A program made the position numbers and the translations under genes. Below the pieces are notes generated by a model, which did not search any database, was not told the origin of the DNA, and was given only the letters and a program-made list of their open reading frames with translations. A stretch of 64,000 nt of DNA from Podarcis bocagei (Eukaryota). Of this stretch, positions 47,251 to 61,794 are shown in pieces. The stretch lies in the NCBI GenBank assembly GCA_964188305.1, contig OZ076896.1; one strand, written 5' to 3'. Positions within the stretch are counted from its first letter, which is position 1. Each line of letters starts with the position of its first letter.

Positions 47251-50200
47251 GGTGTTCCTCACCAGTAACTCTTTACATAACTGTTTGGTTATGAACTGAT
47301 ATATATTATTTGGATATTACTTGGAAATTGTAAACTCTGGATGACATTCTACTACCAATTATAATATATTTATCACATTCATTAGCCACATGTTGCGATT
47401 GTGTTTCAATAGATATAACTACATTCATAATGGCAAGCCTAATCCCATTTCTCCTCTCTCCAGAAAGATGATGAAATGCTTATTCCCCCTTTCCCATTCC
47501 CAATTTCTCTGTCCATAAATAGGATTGAGAATTACAATAGATCATTTGCATACAACTAGTTTAGATTATAAAACTACCAATAGTGGACATAAAACTGTCT
47601 TTTAAAAAATATGCATTAAATCCATCTCCTGATAAGAAAAAGAGTGAGACACTAGTAGAAGGAAATAGTTAATAGTTAAACAATTACCTCTGAACTCTGA
47701 AGGATGTAATCAGATTCTTTGACTTTTCATTGAATCAAAGATCAAAGTGACTGAAATCAGATCATATATAATCCTAGGAAATGAGATCCTTGAAGCTCAA
47801 TATTTAAAGATGGCAAACACACCACAGAAAACAGCACAACACAAAACATGGCCACTTCTTTTTTGTTCATTTACAGGTATGTGCATACTAGAATGAAATT
47901 ATGAGAAGTCTTAATTTCTTAATTTGTGGAATTTTGGATAGAATTTCCTACATACAACAGAAAACTGGAAGAAGCTTAAAACAGTGATGATGCAACTCTC
48001 TGGCTTTGTGCGTGAAAGGTGTGTGCAGACTTCAACACACACTTGGTGGATCGAACCATTCAAAAAGGTTCTGGACATATGTAGCTTTTCAGTTGTTTTA
48101 AATCAGATCTACATTTCCGTAAGTCAAACCAATTTCTTCTCCTTTCATTGGATAAGGAATCTCAGCACAGGACTTCAATCGTGGCTTGGAACTATGTTAT
48201 TCTAAATGCATGCATTTTTACACATACTGACTCACAGTCCATCAATGCCCACCTAAAACTGTCATTATTTGCTCGAGTTATGTTGCCTAGCCCACTATCT
48301 CCAGGATCTATTAAAGCATTACGGACCCCTGGATTTACCTCACTTAAAGAACAACAACCAGCCCTCCAGTTTGAGATCATCCAGAATCTCAATTTATCCT
48401 ATGTTCTGCAATTTATGAATCAGATTTTATATATTATCCATTCCTTGGGCCACATAATTAATAAAAGGTGCACTGACTCATGCATAATGTTGATGGATAG
48501 ACAAACAATTTGATGTTGATCTGTGTATTTTTAACTCAGGAATGAATTTTCAATTAACAGTATCAAACTTACAGTGGTACCTTCCAGTTCATTTTTCTCA
48601 AGCCCTCACTAGTAGACAATGTGGCAAGGCTAAAAGCTGCTATGATACAGATATAATTCAGATCTCCTGGGCTACTAGATCTTTTAAGTATATCTAACTG
48701 GGCACAAGATTTGTTCTGACTGTTAAGCTTTCCTCAACATACCTTGAAAAGCGCAACCCTCACTTTATAGTAGCAATTTTAGTTTACATATCCCAAATAT
48801 CTGGGAATGGGTTGGGGGGAGGGGAAAGCAGAATGGTGTTTTTTTTAAAAAAAAGTTTATAAAAAAGCAAAAAAAGGTAAATATGGATTTGTAATGATTA
48901 GGAAGCTGATTTCAGGATACCTTTATATTGTGTCACTAACATTAAGATGTAACACACGTTTCTGAACCAGCTGTAAGAATACATATGAAAATGATCTATA
49001 AATTTAGTAAAAGTATTAGATTTACAAGAGAAAAAAGAAACACTAAATCTGTATACAAGTAATGCCAATCAACACTTTGAAACATAATTATGCTAAACCA
49101 TTAAAACAGATTAAAGCTTCATTAAAGGGAAAATGAATTTTAGACTTTGTATCACACACTTGGTGTCTTCTGACAGCTGAAATAGTGACCTGGTATGGTA
49201 CGGGCTTCCATCACTGAAATATAGCTCTACTGTTGTAGTAGATTATGCAGGACATGGCATTCTTATCTAATGGCACAACAGTGATTGCATCAGATTATTA
49301 GGGAAAGGCACTCCCAAACTTTTCATGTTGGTGACACACTTTTTAGACATGCATAATTTTGCAACACAGTAAATCAGTTTTATTAACAAATTGGAGGTTA
49401 AACTAACCACTTTCCAGCCCCGGTAGGAGCACGGAGAGCATTCACGAGCACACCGCAGCCAACATGCTGACGTGTCACAACACACAGTTTGAAAAGTTCT
49501 GCTCTACCTGCTACCTATCCTTCCCATAGCACCATCTATTTAACATCTTCTCAATCTCACAGGGTATGGAAAGCATTCCTGTTACTATAGCATCTGATAC
49601 CTCTCTCCCACATCTGCAGCAGCTGCACGTGTGCATTGCATCCACTGTCCCAGCTCTAGGTTTAACCCAGAAGAGGGAAACATTCCTCCATTGTCCATAC
49701 TGGCAAAGACACAACAAACAAGGGCACTTCCCATGGTTTTATCAGGTGCTATAAAATTTACTGAGAGCTATCATTTCAAAGAAAAAAAGAGACAGCATGT
49801 ATGCTAATTGGACTATTTCACTGGACCAATGGAGCTAAAACAATATGTCATCTACACTGATTTCAGAAGAACTAATGTAAGTGTTTGTATTTACAAACCA
49901 TGGTATCACTGATATCTTATACCTCCTAGATATTTCAGATTTAGAAAACTGGTGGTGATGTATGTTAGCAATGCTCTGCCAAATTACTTAAGATGTCCAA
50001 TTTTAACCAATTATGGATAAAACATAACAATTGAAATTGCAGGCAACTCTTTGTCAATGGACCCTAAGATGGCTCTATGCTATTTGAAGATATCCCTGTT
50101 TGCAACTAGAACTGGTGATTAACTTATTGGTGTCAGCCTAAATATGTATCACAAGCTATTGGAAAAAAGAATTTCAAAGGTATAAGCTAGCATTCAGACA

Positions 50201-52192
50201 ACTTTTAAAATAAAGAAGGAGCCCTTTTCCTATGTCTTTTACTAGCATTGACTATCCAACAATTCAGTAGGTTTGGTTGTCTTTCCATTTCTCCATGAAG
50301 CAAATGTTGAGGAAATGCTGCCAAAATGCTTTAACAATGAAATGTAAGTAGGCTACATGGATATTCCCATACTGAACAGCAACAGCCATTTCTATTATCT
50401 CAGTGTGGAGGCAAGCAGAACACTGCAAGGTAAAATGTCAATCATGATGATTTTGCCTGCCAATAGTCTCCCCTGAGAGACTTGGCATGATCCTTCTTTT
50501 ATTGCTGCTTTGTGCACATGTCCAGCAGCATTTTTACCCTAACTGTGGATCTGCACCTGTTCAAAAGGCCAGAATAAGAGTAACTAAGTTGCTTCTGAAG
50601 AGGCAAAGTTAGCAGCCCAGATGGAGACAAAAAATTGCTTGGGGTACCAACTAGCAAAATTCTGAGGTGAGAGCAACTATTTGATCAAATTCCCCTCTCA
50701 TTCCCAAGCATGTTAAGCATCCATTCATAGAACAGAAGTGAGAATCCATATGCAGGAGCCACAGCTGTTTTCCCTCTTTTGCCTCCATATCTTCTCCCCC
50801 TTGCAAGGAGAAAGTTTGCCTTGCATTAGCCTGGAGAAGTTGGAGAGCTGTGCCTGCAGCCTTAATTGTGATGAAATTTGAGCGTTTGTTCTATTTGAGA
50901 GAAGTGCTGCCCATAAACTTTTCCTCTCTTTGCACCCGCCTCCCCACCAATGACTTGCCCAAAGTGCATGTAGTTCTACCCTCTTGGTGACAGAGCTAAA
51001 CTTGTGCCAACTTAGGAGCTGCCTATTTCATATTATCTTCTTCTCTTCCTACTCTTCCACTTCCTTCCTCAAAAAAATCCCACTTCCCCCCTAAATATAA
51101 CTCCCACTCTATCTACTAACAAAAAATCGGGGGGGGGGGGGGGGAATAGCACACTTACTTGAAACTAAGCTCAACTGAACACAAAGTTACATTTCTAAGT
51201 AAACATGCAAATAATTGCTCTCCAGGTCTGATGGCGACAAACTCTGGTGATCCGTTATCTTACTTTTATGAAATTGTTCAACCTAGTTCTAGTATGGCTT
51301 TCAATCACTAATACCTTGGTGACATTTCTGACGATATATGCATTGGATAGATATTAGATGTATCTCCTAAAATGAATTAATTTAGTTTTACAAGTAGAGT
51401 AGGTTTGCAAGTCTGTTATTTTGATAATGAAAGATGTTACTAGTTTTATTTGTGGTTAAACAAGCACAGGATTGATATTAGTTCCATTCTCTCCCTCCCT
51501 TCTTTTCTTCTTATTTCTCATCACTTGAGGTAATGAGGGGGGAGCACAAGGGAGAATTGAGCAGCATTGGATTATGATGTTTAGAAAAATAATATACTAA
51601 ATGCAATCACTGTAACAAGATCTTTGTGTGATGTTAAGTCTCTGGTGTGTAGTTCAGATGTAAATGCCTACTGATAAAGGAAGGTCACTGCAATTGTGTC
51701 CCGCTCCAGCCACATTTTTTACAGCTAGATTCACCACCAGTATGTTGTAACTGGCTCTGGCAAATATACACACACAAAAACCAGATCCTGCAAGCTGAAA
51801 GTCTGCCCACCTTAACAAATGCATTACAGGATGAATGCTGCAAAAAGTGGCTATCATCAATTACAAAGCTTTTCCCTTATCCCTTGCTCTACTCTTGAGA
51901 AGAGAAATGCAAGTTACAGTAAACAGCCCTATCCTATGTCAATCCAGTTGGGTTCAGTAGCACTTATCTCCAAGTGAGTATACACAAGATTACAACCTAA
52001 ATTGTATTCCTTTTTGGTTTAAGAGAGATTTGTCACACTACAAGTTTGTTCTCTAAATATTCAGACACCACTAATCACCAACTTTGTACTAAGAATGTGA
52101 ATTTATATGGAGATTATGGTTTATTTTCAAGGACTTCTAGGAGATAGGAAATTTGATTAAATATAAATACAGCACATACGCAACAGTTTTAC

Positions 52193-52825
52193 CTTTGTCT
52201 TGCACTTCTTTTGAAAACCGTTCCCTTTCAATAGCTGATTCCCGTTCTATCCGTTCAATTTCAGCCAATGCATCCAATTCTACTTCATCATATGGCGTGA
52301 TAGTTCCATGTTGTGAAACCTGTTGATGCGTCTGTACCAAAGGATTTTGAGGTTGTTTTGCAGAAACTGAAGTGTTCGGTTGTAAAACAGGCACTTGTTG
52401 TGCCTGAAGGAATGCTGTTTGTTCATGCTGCGGCAAACACTGAGCAGCATTTAATGGGCGATTAATATCCTGTGGAGTAACTGGTGTTTTAGAAGTCTGT
52501 CCTGGATACTGCACATTAAAGGAAATGTCCCCTTCTGACACGTTACTGTTTTCCAAACCAGAAAGCATATCATCCTGCTGGTCCATATCTGAAGATCTTA
52601 CACGAGTAAGTCTTAACGTAAGTTTAGTAGAGTCCTTAGATGGAGAGCTAATGATATCATACATTGCAGCTTTTTCAGTCTGGTCTTTTTCATCCTTGCC
52701 TAACTTCATTTTCTTTTGTTTCTTTTGCTTTCTTTCAGGAGAATCTAATAATATGTCTGGGGGAACATCTCTAGGTGATGAGTAAGGTGGAGGCTGAGAC
52801 TGAAGTATTAAAGGTGGTCTTGATC
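52193..52825 (-). CDS. NIPBL: NIPBL exon 9
   Basis: SRPPLILQSQPPPY...ELDALAEIERIERESAIERERFSKEVQDK; 633 nt; AG/GT. Confidence 0.95.
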
Positions 52826-55807
52826 CTAGAATAATAATTCAGAAAAACTGAACAGTTATGTTGGTTCACATTTCTATGAAAGCACACAAAAATAGTCTTT
52901 ATTAGTAATTTGTACTTGTACAGATATTTGCACTTACAAAATGGCAAAAACTCAGTTTAGAGGAATACTGAGGTCTGTAATATTCACTACAACCCACCTA
53001 TAATATCTGCAGTAAAAGATGCCTGTAGCTCCTAGCAATTTAGCAATCCACATCTAACATGAGAGGTACCAAGAGGTAGAAACCATTTTGGGACTGTGCT
53101 CAACCGGGGCAGGGCTTCAACTATTAAAGAATGGAGTTAATCAAAATGCATCCAAGGCCATAGGGGAGAACACAGTTTAAAGATAGCTAGCTTCTCACTA
53201 GAGTCCAGTGATCAAAGCCCAAAATAATGAGCTGTAGACAGGCAAATCGGACTGCAACTAACACACATCCATACACACATACACACATGCAGCGTCATGC
53301 AAGTTCCCTACTCTTAAGGATCTGAGAAAGGAAAATGACTCTAATAGATTAGCTGGTTTTGCCTCTTTCAGCAACTGGAACAGGCCTCTCACATGAGTCT
53401 GGCATAATTTTTACATACCAATGCATTTTCTACTTACAAACAGCTGAAAGTATTGCTTTTGCCATGTTGCCTACTGTTATTGTTTGTTAACTAACCCCCC
53501 GCCCCCAAGATTGCCCAGTTATGTGAAAGATGTTGGTAAAGTCCATTTGCCATTACATCCTATACTAATTAAAAGCATTCATTTGCACTGACACACTACC
53601 CACTACCCTCCTGTGCTATCTAAAAAGTGTCTGAAGTAACACACAAAGTTTAACATCCACAACAATTTCCTCATATAAGGTTCTTCCTCTACTTAAGTAC
53701 AGAGGTAGAAAAGGTGATTAAATTGTATGCCACTGCTGTATTTTCAGCTAGTGAAGCACAGTGATAGAGAATTTGTAGTAGTTCATGGTACTGCCAGCAA
53801 CTGAATGCTTTAACACAGTAGCAGATAGATCACATTCTGTGAAGTAACTAACAGAAGTCATATTCAAACTCAAATTACTTAGGTCCTCAGGTTTATGTAA
53901 GTAATGCAATAATGTTAAATTTAAAATAGAGTCCACATTAAAAACATGGATCTCTGCCTTTCTGTGTGTGCTTTATTCATCTTCTTTCCCTTTGCATTTT
54001 TGCAGTTATTTACTGCCATTTTTCCAGCATTTCTTCCAGCCTGTAAATTTGTGAGCCTTGATAGCATGTTTCTGCATGAGACACAATCTATTAATAGTGA
54101 TTAATCTGTAATGCCCCAAACTCTATATTCCAAAGGAATCATTTACTTCTCTAGGGCAGCACTGTTGCTGCAAAAAGGGCTTGCAGCCCCAGGCGAAAGT
54201 GTCACAGGGATTACCAACTAGCGCTGAACTTCAGGAATCACCAATCACATTCTAAATTTTGCTCTACATCTTAGGGTGTGTGTGTTTTTTAAGTACATCT
54301 GAGAAGGCTGCACAGTTAGAACATCAGATAAACACACACTATTTAATATAACAGCACTCAAAGCACTTATAAGAACTCATTCTCAGAAAGCAATTAGCTT
54401 TTTTTTTAATTAGGGATCCTTACTGCTACTTTGTGATACAATAAATCCAGCAATTGAAAAAGCTGCACAGGAATATTGAAGAATTCCTCTCCTATTATTA
54501 TTATTTTTCAATGATAAGCATCAAATAAGGATGCTTTACATACAGTTATCTTTTACCAGAAAGGGAGTTGGGCTATTTGACTCAGGTCCCATCTAACTCT
54601 GAGATGTTTTGCAATATTTATTATTTAAGTTACCAGTAGAGAATTTTGCTGAATGTTGGATGGTTATAAACAGTCTTGTCTTCTGAAGAATGCTTTTGCA
54701 GATGATTGTAGGTGGGGCTTGCAGAAATTTGGATTGCGTTGATGACCAGGCATCAACTCAAACTTACAAGTATACTCTACAGAGATGTAAGAGCCCCCTT
54801 TTCCAGATATTTCACTAGGCAGCATGATCTGTCTGATAGCGTCTATGAGTGATTTATCCTTAACCAAGCACTCTCCCATGAGCAGGGACATTTTCAATTG
54901 CTTCTCTAGCCTCATGTTCATTTGCAGCCTCAATACATCCAACAACAGGTGACTCAGCTTCTTTGGTATCAGCAACTTTCAGGTTCAGGAACAATCCAAA
55001 ACTTGCAAAGGCTCACTGCTCCATCAGTTTGCTTGCTAACAGATAATCCACTAGTCAGGTAGTAAATCTACATCACTTTGGTATTTATGCTTCTTTTCCC
55101 CAAAGTACTAATAAGTCTTCTCTTAAGATGATCCTGTGAGTCTCAGGATGGTGCTTCACCTCTATTAAGCAAATATTCTGTAGTCTCTATAGATGAAATT
55201 CACCTTCACTGTGATGTTTCCTCATCCATAAAAGTATGACAATATAGTACATATTTGGGGATCCTAAAAGTGTAAGTTTTGCCACTATATGAGGTATTTC
55301 CACTAATTGAAGAAACAAATCACTCCAGATGGCGCCTTCATTTTTCTTTTCCCCCTTTAGATGGGACTGGTCACAGTTGGAAGGGACTTTTCAAGCCCTC
55401 ACCTAGTATCCAGAAATTAATTTACAGACTTGTATATATAGAACAATGAATATCCCATGTAACAGCACACTGGAATCCAAAACATGTCAGCTTTTCTGCA
55501 TGGCAATGAATGAAATAATAAAAACTTTGTTGATTTAGTATTGAGGAGTCACTAGTCACACAAACTATTACAATATGTTTCAGTGAGTATATTGTCCAAG
55601 TACAGATGACCCCAAAACTATTATTCCATAGAGTTAAATGAGTTATTATTCTACAGTCAGTTAAATGCCTTCTCAATTATATTAGTACAAGTACTTTTTT
55701 TAATAACTTGGAAGTAAAGTATAACAAAATTTATTTAGTATTAATAACTAAGTGGTCCTCAGACAAGCCAGAAACTTCTAGGGGCAATATTTAATGTCTC
55801 CAAGTAA

Positions 55808-55842
55808 TAATTATAAGTATAATAATAATAATAATAATAATA

Positions 55843-55884
<42 letters not shown>

Positions 55885-55907
55885 TACGGCCAAAGACCAG
55901 TTCAAAA
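55808..55907 (-). mobile_element. Severely truncated retroposon end with microsatellite tail
   Basis: 12-bp direct repeat GTCTCCAAGTAA flanks (AAT)n(ATT)n plus TTACGGCCAAAGACCAG. Confidence 0.65.
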
Positions 55908-56664
55908 GTCTCCAAGTAAAAATATAAGTTCATTGAAAAGGTCCATCTTCTACTTCAAAGCGTTGATTTTCTTATTCCGTGCCTAACAACTTTTTCCAAG
56001 GCAGAATGGTTTCCACCAGTCTAGAAATTCTAGAAGATCAGCAGATTTGCAGAATACAAACCTTATGGAGATTATCAATCTAGTCAACCTTGCCTCCAAT
56101 TCAAGGCATAGCAGTTTAAATACACTTGACGATAATATGGAGCTAGAGAACGGATCATCTCTGCAACATACATGCAGCATAACAGACACTGTAAAGATCT
56201 AATTTGCAAGGTAGCGTATTATAAACTTAATGCCACTCTAGGGTTGAAACAAAATCAATAAGCATTTAAAGTTTGCTATCAGTCTCCATACACTGGTTAA
56301 CCAATTCAAACTTTCCTTAAAAAGGAAACACAAGAGCTAAAGGCCCTGGTTCCAGCTCTACCCACAGAAAATTAGTCACGCATAGCAAGTGGTGCCTCAG
56401 TGAACATCCACATCCTAGTGTGTGTATAAAAATTCATTCAGCCAGTTTGAGTGAGCCTGGATGAGCCTCTGCATAACATAAACATACAGAAGTCTGTTTC
56501 AGAATTTTCCCTGGATCAGGACAAACGGAAACATTCTTAAAGTCAAAAAATTGGTTTGTTGGCATCAACACTTTTACTTCTTTTCAAGAATGATCAGGAA
56601 TAGATCGAATTTCTGAAATAGAAATTACTTACCAGTAACGAATTATTAAAACAGAACAGAAGTA

Positions 56665-56906
56665 CAGTGGTACCTCGTGTTACGTACTTAATCCGTTCCG
56701 GAGGTCCATTCGTAACAGGAAACCGCTTGTAACATGAGGCGTGCTTTCTCTAATGGTGCCTCCCACTGCTGTCGTGCCGCCAGAGCGCAACTTCCACTCA
56801 CATCCCGGGGCAAAGGTCACAACAAGGGGCACTTACTTCCAGGTTAGCGGAGTACATAACCTGCAGCATTTGTAAGGGGGACGGTACGTAACACGAGGTA
56901 CCACTA
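56665..56906. mobile_element. MITE family A
   Basis: TIRs with 1 terminal mismatch; TA flanks. Confidence 0.85.
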
Positions 56907-56942
56907 TATTGTTGAAAGAGCCAACCAGGCGTGGATGAATGA

Positions 56943-56944
<2 letters not shown>

Positions 56945-56976
<32 letters not shown>
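56945..56976. repeat. (AC)n microsatellite
   Basis: Direct read. Confidence 0.95.
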
Positions 56977-56979
<3 letters not shown>

Positions 56980-57689
56980 TATTTTAGGGGTAAGAACTAG
57001 CCTGCCATTTTTTAAAATAATGGTATTAAAGGCATGTCTTTGGTCTAATACAGTGCAACAAAAGGGTGATATAAATTTAAACTAATATCCAAGCCTTTGA
57101 AGAAAAAAGATTGTCTGCCACCTACAAGCAAAGTAGTGGTTATCCATTCCCATTAAGCTTCTTCTAATGCCAACTGTAAAATATGATCAACATATATGGC
57201 TCCTATCATGCAAGATCTGCAAATATGTTAGGACAAATGCTAACCATTTGATTAGCTTGTGATTATTTAGGCTTTGTTTCTTCATCTAGTGTCCACCTAT
57301 TCTTGGATGTCAAATAGCAGGACATTTAATGCTGGAACTTGGTATCAAATCACAACTATTCCATTTTTCAACCACTTCTCAGTGGTTGAAACCAACAAAC
57401 TAAGGCAAAGAAAATACTTTTTAAAAGCATGGAATAAACATGCACCATTTAATAATGGGAATCGAAGGGAATGGTAGGCATCACAAAGGGTGCAGATAAT
57501 GGAGACAACTTGCATCTGGTGCTTGTATCTGCCTCTCCACAACCCCATGGCACGGTTGGGTGCTCATCCACTGTGCTCAATAGCTAAGTGGTGCTGTTGC
57601 TAAATTCTAGGTTAATGGATAATAAGACCATGCTCACACATGATCTAATTGTTGATAAAGGTGCTGACCAGGGTGTGCATTACCAAGAA

Positions 57690-58300
57690 AAAAGAATATA
57701 AGAAGAGCCTGCTGGGTCAGTTAAATGACCTATCTAGTCCAGCATTCTGTTCTCAGTGGCCAATCAGATGCCTGTGGGAACCAACAAGCAGGACCCAAGC
57801 ACAAGAGCACCATTCTCTCCTGTGGTTTCCAAAAACTAGTATTCATAACCATTACTGATGGCCATCACTAGCCATCATAGCTAGTAGCCATTGAAAGCTC
57901 TACTGACTCCCTCTTCCTGAACTTGTCAAATCCTCTTTTAAAGCCACCCAAGATGATACCCATCACTGCCTCCTGTGGGAGTTAATTCCTTCGTTTAATG
58001 GTGCAATATGTAAAGAAGTACTCTTTTTACGTTTCCTGAATCTTCCACCGTTCAGCTTCTTTGTATGTCTACAAGTTCTAGTGTTATGAGAGAGGGAGAA
58101 AAACTTTCCTCTATCCAATTTCTCCATGCCATGCATAATTTTATAAACTTCTATCATGTAACCACTCAGTCGCGTTTTCTGCAAACTATGAAGTCCCAAA
58201 ACTTGCAACCTTTCCTTATAGAGGATTTGCTCTATTCCCTTGATCATTTTGGTTGCCCTTTTCTGAATATTTTCCAACTCCACAAAATCCTTTTCGCAAT
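57690..58300 (-). mobile_element. CR1 LINE 3' fragment
   Basis: ELENIQKRATKMIKG...ERLQVLGLHSLQKTRLSGYMIEVYKIMHG resembles the CR1 ORF2 C-terminus. Confidence 0.8.
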
Positions 58301-58899
58301 AAGGTGTGAGCAGGAAAGAAGGGTGAGCCATATCTTTCCCAGTTCTGTCCCACTGTATACTCAGTGCAGCACCAACCCAGGCTAGAGAGATGGGATTACT
58401 GTGGTTCACCAAAGTTCATTCTCCCTCATCAGGAAATCTCTATACCCCAGGGCTGGACCAGACGGTCTGCATCTGACTCTGGTTCTTAGGGACACATTAG
58501 GCATGTTGTTGTTGTACCACCCACCAAGCTGCAATGACTGAGCAAGGAATCCCAGACAATAATTCTGGGTGATTTCAGCAACCATGTCAAGCCTGCAGCT
58601 GGAGCAGCTCACAATTTCATGGCCTCCATGACAGCTATCTCGGATACCCTTTACTTTGTCTTTGCTCCAAGTGGGGAGAGGGGTGGTCTAGAGTGGGTGT
58701 CTCTGTGACTCTGTTGTCATGGTCAGACCACTTCCTAGTGAAGATTAGACTTCCTAGTGAAGCTAGCAGTATCCCCACTGCAAGGGTGGGGGAGCGATTA
58801 AGATAGTCTGCCCTTTGAGACTTAGGGATCCTGATGGAAACTGTTTTGGTCATCCTGTATTTTGACTTCTGTTGGAAGAAAGGAGTGTGTGTGCCCACT

Positions 58900-60370
58900 C
58901 TCAGCTTTCAATACCACTGACCACGTTATCTTTCTGGAATGGCTGTCTGAGTTGGGGGGTAGGTGGCATCACTGTGTAGTAGTTCCAATACAACTTGGAT
59001 GATTGTTTCCAGAAGATGGTGCTTGGGGAGTGTCATCCGGTCCCATGGAGTCTTCAATATGGGGTTCCACAGAATTCAGATTAATCCCCCATGTTGTGCG
59101 ACATCTGCAGGCAATCACTGAGTGGGGTCATCTCAAGTCTTGAGTACATTATCAGCAATATGCTATTGATGCACAGCTCATCTTCTTTATATCTTCAGCT
59201 GCAGCAGTGGATATGTTGGACCAATGTCTTGCCTCATTACTAGACTGGATGAGAGCCAATAAACTGAAGCTCAATCCGGAGAAGACTGAGGCACCATTAG
59301 TGAATGGCTCCCTAGACTGGTGAATGGGAGGTAACCTGCTCTGGATAAGGTTACATTCCCTCTGAAGGAGCAGTACATAGCTTGGTGGTACTTCTAGATC
59401 CATTACTGTCACTTGAGGCTCAAGTGGTCTTGGTCATGCTGCTTCCATCAGTTTCAACAGGAGGTCCAGTTACTCCCCTATCTGGACATGGATAGTCCAA
59501 CAGCGGGTAGCACTGTGGTCTGAATCACTGAGCTTCTTGGGCTTGCCGATCGGTTGGTCGGTGGTTCAAATCCGTACAATGGGGTGAGATCCAATTGCTC
59601 TGTCCCTGCTTCTGCCAACATAGCAGTTCGAAAGCACACCAGTGCAAGTAGACAAATGCCGGCTACCTTGGCTGAAAAGAAATGAGTGCTGCACCCCATA
59701 GACACCTTTGACTGGACTTCACCGTCCAGGGGTCCTTTACCTTTTACCTTTAGTCCAACTACTGTTATATATGCTCTGGTGACCTATACATTAGATTACT
59801 ACCATGCATTATATGTGGGGCTGCCTTTGAATGCAGTTTGGAAACTGCAGCTGGTGCACAATTTAGCAACCAATTTGCTCACAAGTGCACAACAATCTGA
59901 GCCCATAAAACCAATCCTGACCCAACTTTACTTGCTCCCAATTAGTTTCCAGGCCCAATTCGAAGTGCTGGTTTTGGCCTATAAAGCTTTATGTGACTAA
60001 GGACCATCTTTCCCCATATGTACTGACATGGAACCTGTAATCATAATCTGAGGCCCTTCTTCAGGTACCCACCCATCCACCCTGATCCATGGGAGGTCCA
60101 GAGAGTGAAATCATGAGAATGGGCCGTCTCAGTAGTAGTTCCTCACTTGTGGAATGCTCTCCCCAGAGAAACTCAGTTGGTGCTATCATCACATATCTTT
60201 AGACGCCAGCCAAAAAAAAAAAAAAAAGGCATTTGGCTTTTAATTATCTATGGCTTTCTTGAATGGGTGGGATGTTTTTTTTCCAGCTTTTGAAAAACTG
60301 ACTTTCATATTTTTGGGTTTTTTTTATTCCAGTTTTAATGTATGCATTTGTTTATATATGGTAAGTCGCT
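58900..60370 (+). mobile_element. Decayed L2-like LINE (RT and C-terminal remnant); boundaries approximate
   Basis: WMRANKLKLNPEKTE-like segment and LDYYHALYVGLP...KLQLVHN...FEVLVLAYKAL. Confidence 0.7.
59502..59750 (+). mobile_element. Sauria-type SINE inserted into a LINE remnant
   Basis: ACCTTT-type tail; flanking direct repeat TAGTCCAAC (59493-59501 and 59751-59759). Confidence 0.8.
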
Positions 60371-61645
60371 TTGAGTTAACTTGGTAAAAATTGTGTCAAC
60401 GGCCCTTTGCATCTCATCATTCCACAGGGTACGGAGGGCCTCAACAGATTTGGCCTTCACTAAGAGTCAAAGCCTTTAGTGTGGGAGGCCCTGTCCTGTA
60501 AAACTGCACACCTTTAGCAGTTCAAGGAGAACCATTCCCGCCTGCCTTCAGAAGTATTCTGAAAACAGTACTGTTTAGGCAGGCTGATTTTTTCTTTTTA
60601 ATCAACCAGTATCTGTTGATATTTTAAATTATGCTTTATGTCTGTTTTTAAGATCGATTTCATCATATTTTGTGTGTTGTTATCTACCCTGCTATATTTT
60701 ATGAAAGTGCAGATCATAAATAAAAACATAAACATTATAAACACAGAATAATTTCTTTTTTAGATACTATCTAAATCTGACTGGTATTATCTAAAGACTG
60801 CCTTCTTTGTCCAGTAATAATATCTACGGTCAGCTCAATCTGCCCCTTACTAGCACTCTTAATGTACATCTTGTCACTAAACAGGTTGAAAATAAATAGG
60901 ATGAAGAACAAAACATGCTCTTGGTGTTGGATTCTCATGTTATGGAACACCCTTCTCCTTGCCTAGATTGGACGGGTGACCTTTTTATTTAGTGATGCAT
61001 TTAGCTGCCAAGGATAAAAGGAGCTTTATCTATCATCGCAAAAATTAATTAACACTGGTAGAAGGACAGCAATACTATGGGGGGGATTATAGCACTATAC
61101 ATCAACAATAGAGATAAAGGTTTTATTTAAAACAGGCAGTACTGGAGTTCTGTAACTTCAGAAAATATTAGAAAGCAGTCTGCCACACATTCAAACACAT
61201 TAATGTACATAGAAGACATATCTTTATGATGTAAAGGAAAGAAAGAGGAGTTGCATTCAACAAAAGATGTAACCAAATATTATAAATTCTTCAGGTTGTA
61301 CAGCAGCTAACTATATATCTGAGCTCAGCTAAACTATTAAGCCAACAAGTGGTCTAAACATGTTTCTTTCCCAACAATGTGACTAAAAAATTAATGGTAT
61401 CATGAAGAAGAAAGTACATAATGAACATGTACTGGCAAAAGGTACATGTTCTTAGTTTTTTGAAACTTCTAATTGGAATTGTTTTTTCAACTTTTTGGAT
61501 TTTCAGTTTCATCAGGAATTAGTGTTGACCAAGCTTGAATAACAATTTTTGAGGGCAGGAAGTAAGGTAAAGAATCCTGATATTTATTTTTTCAGTGTCC
61601 AACTCTGTGAGGCAGGCCTGCAAAACCTGTGACCCACTAAAGCCA

Positions 61646-61765
61646 GACTTGCCCAACCTGGTGCCCTGCAGATGTTATAGACTAAAACTCCCATCAACTC
61701 CAACCACTGACCACGATGATTAGAGCTGATGGGAGCTGTAGTAAAAGGCATATTGGAAAAGGCTA
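61646..61765. mobile_element. Degenerate hAT-type palindromic MITE
   Basis: CCCAACCTGGTGCCC...AACTCCCATCA...GATGGGAGCTGTAGT, similar to 3828-3957. Confidence 0.55.
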
Positions 61766-61794
61766 CATTTAAAGGATTCATTTAAAGGATTCAT

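Noticed and set aside
47084-47299. Poly-Ile ORF (similarly poly-Ile/poly-Leu ORFs at 62083-62466)
   Set aside because: These are translations of (TAT)n microsatellite tails.
48572-48582. Isolated CAGTGGTACCT matching the MITE family A TIR
   Set aside because: There is no partner TIR and no internal homology.
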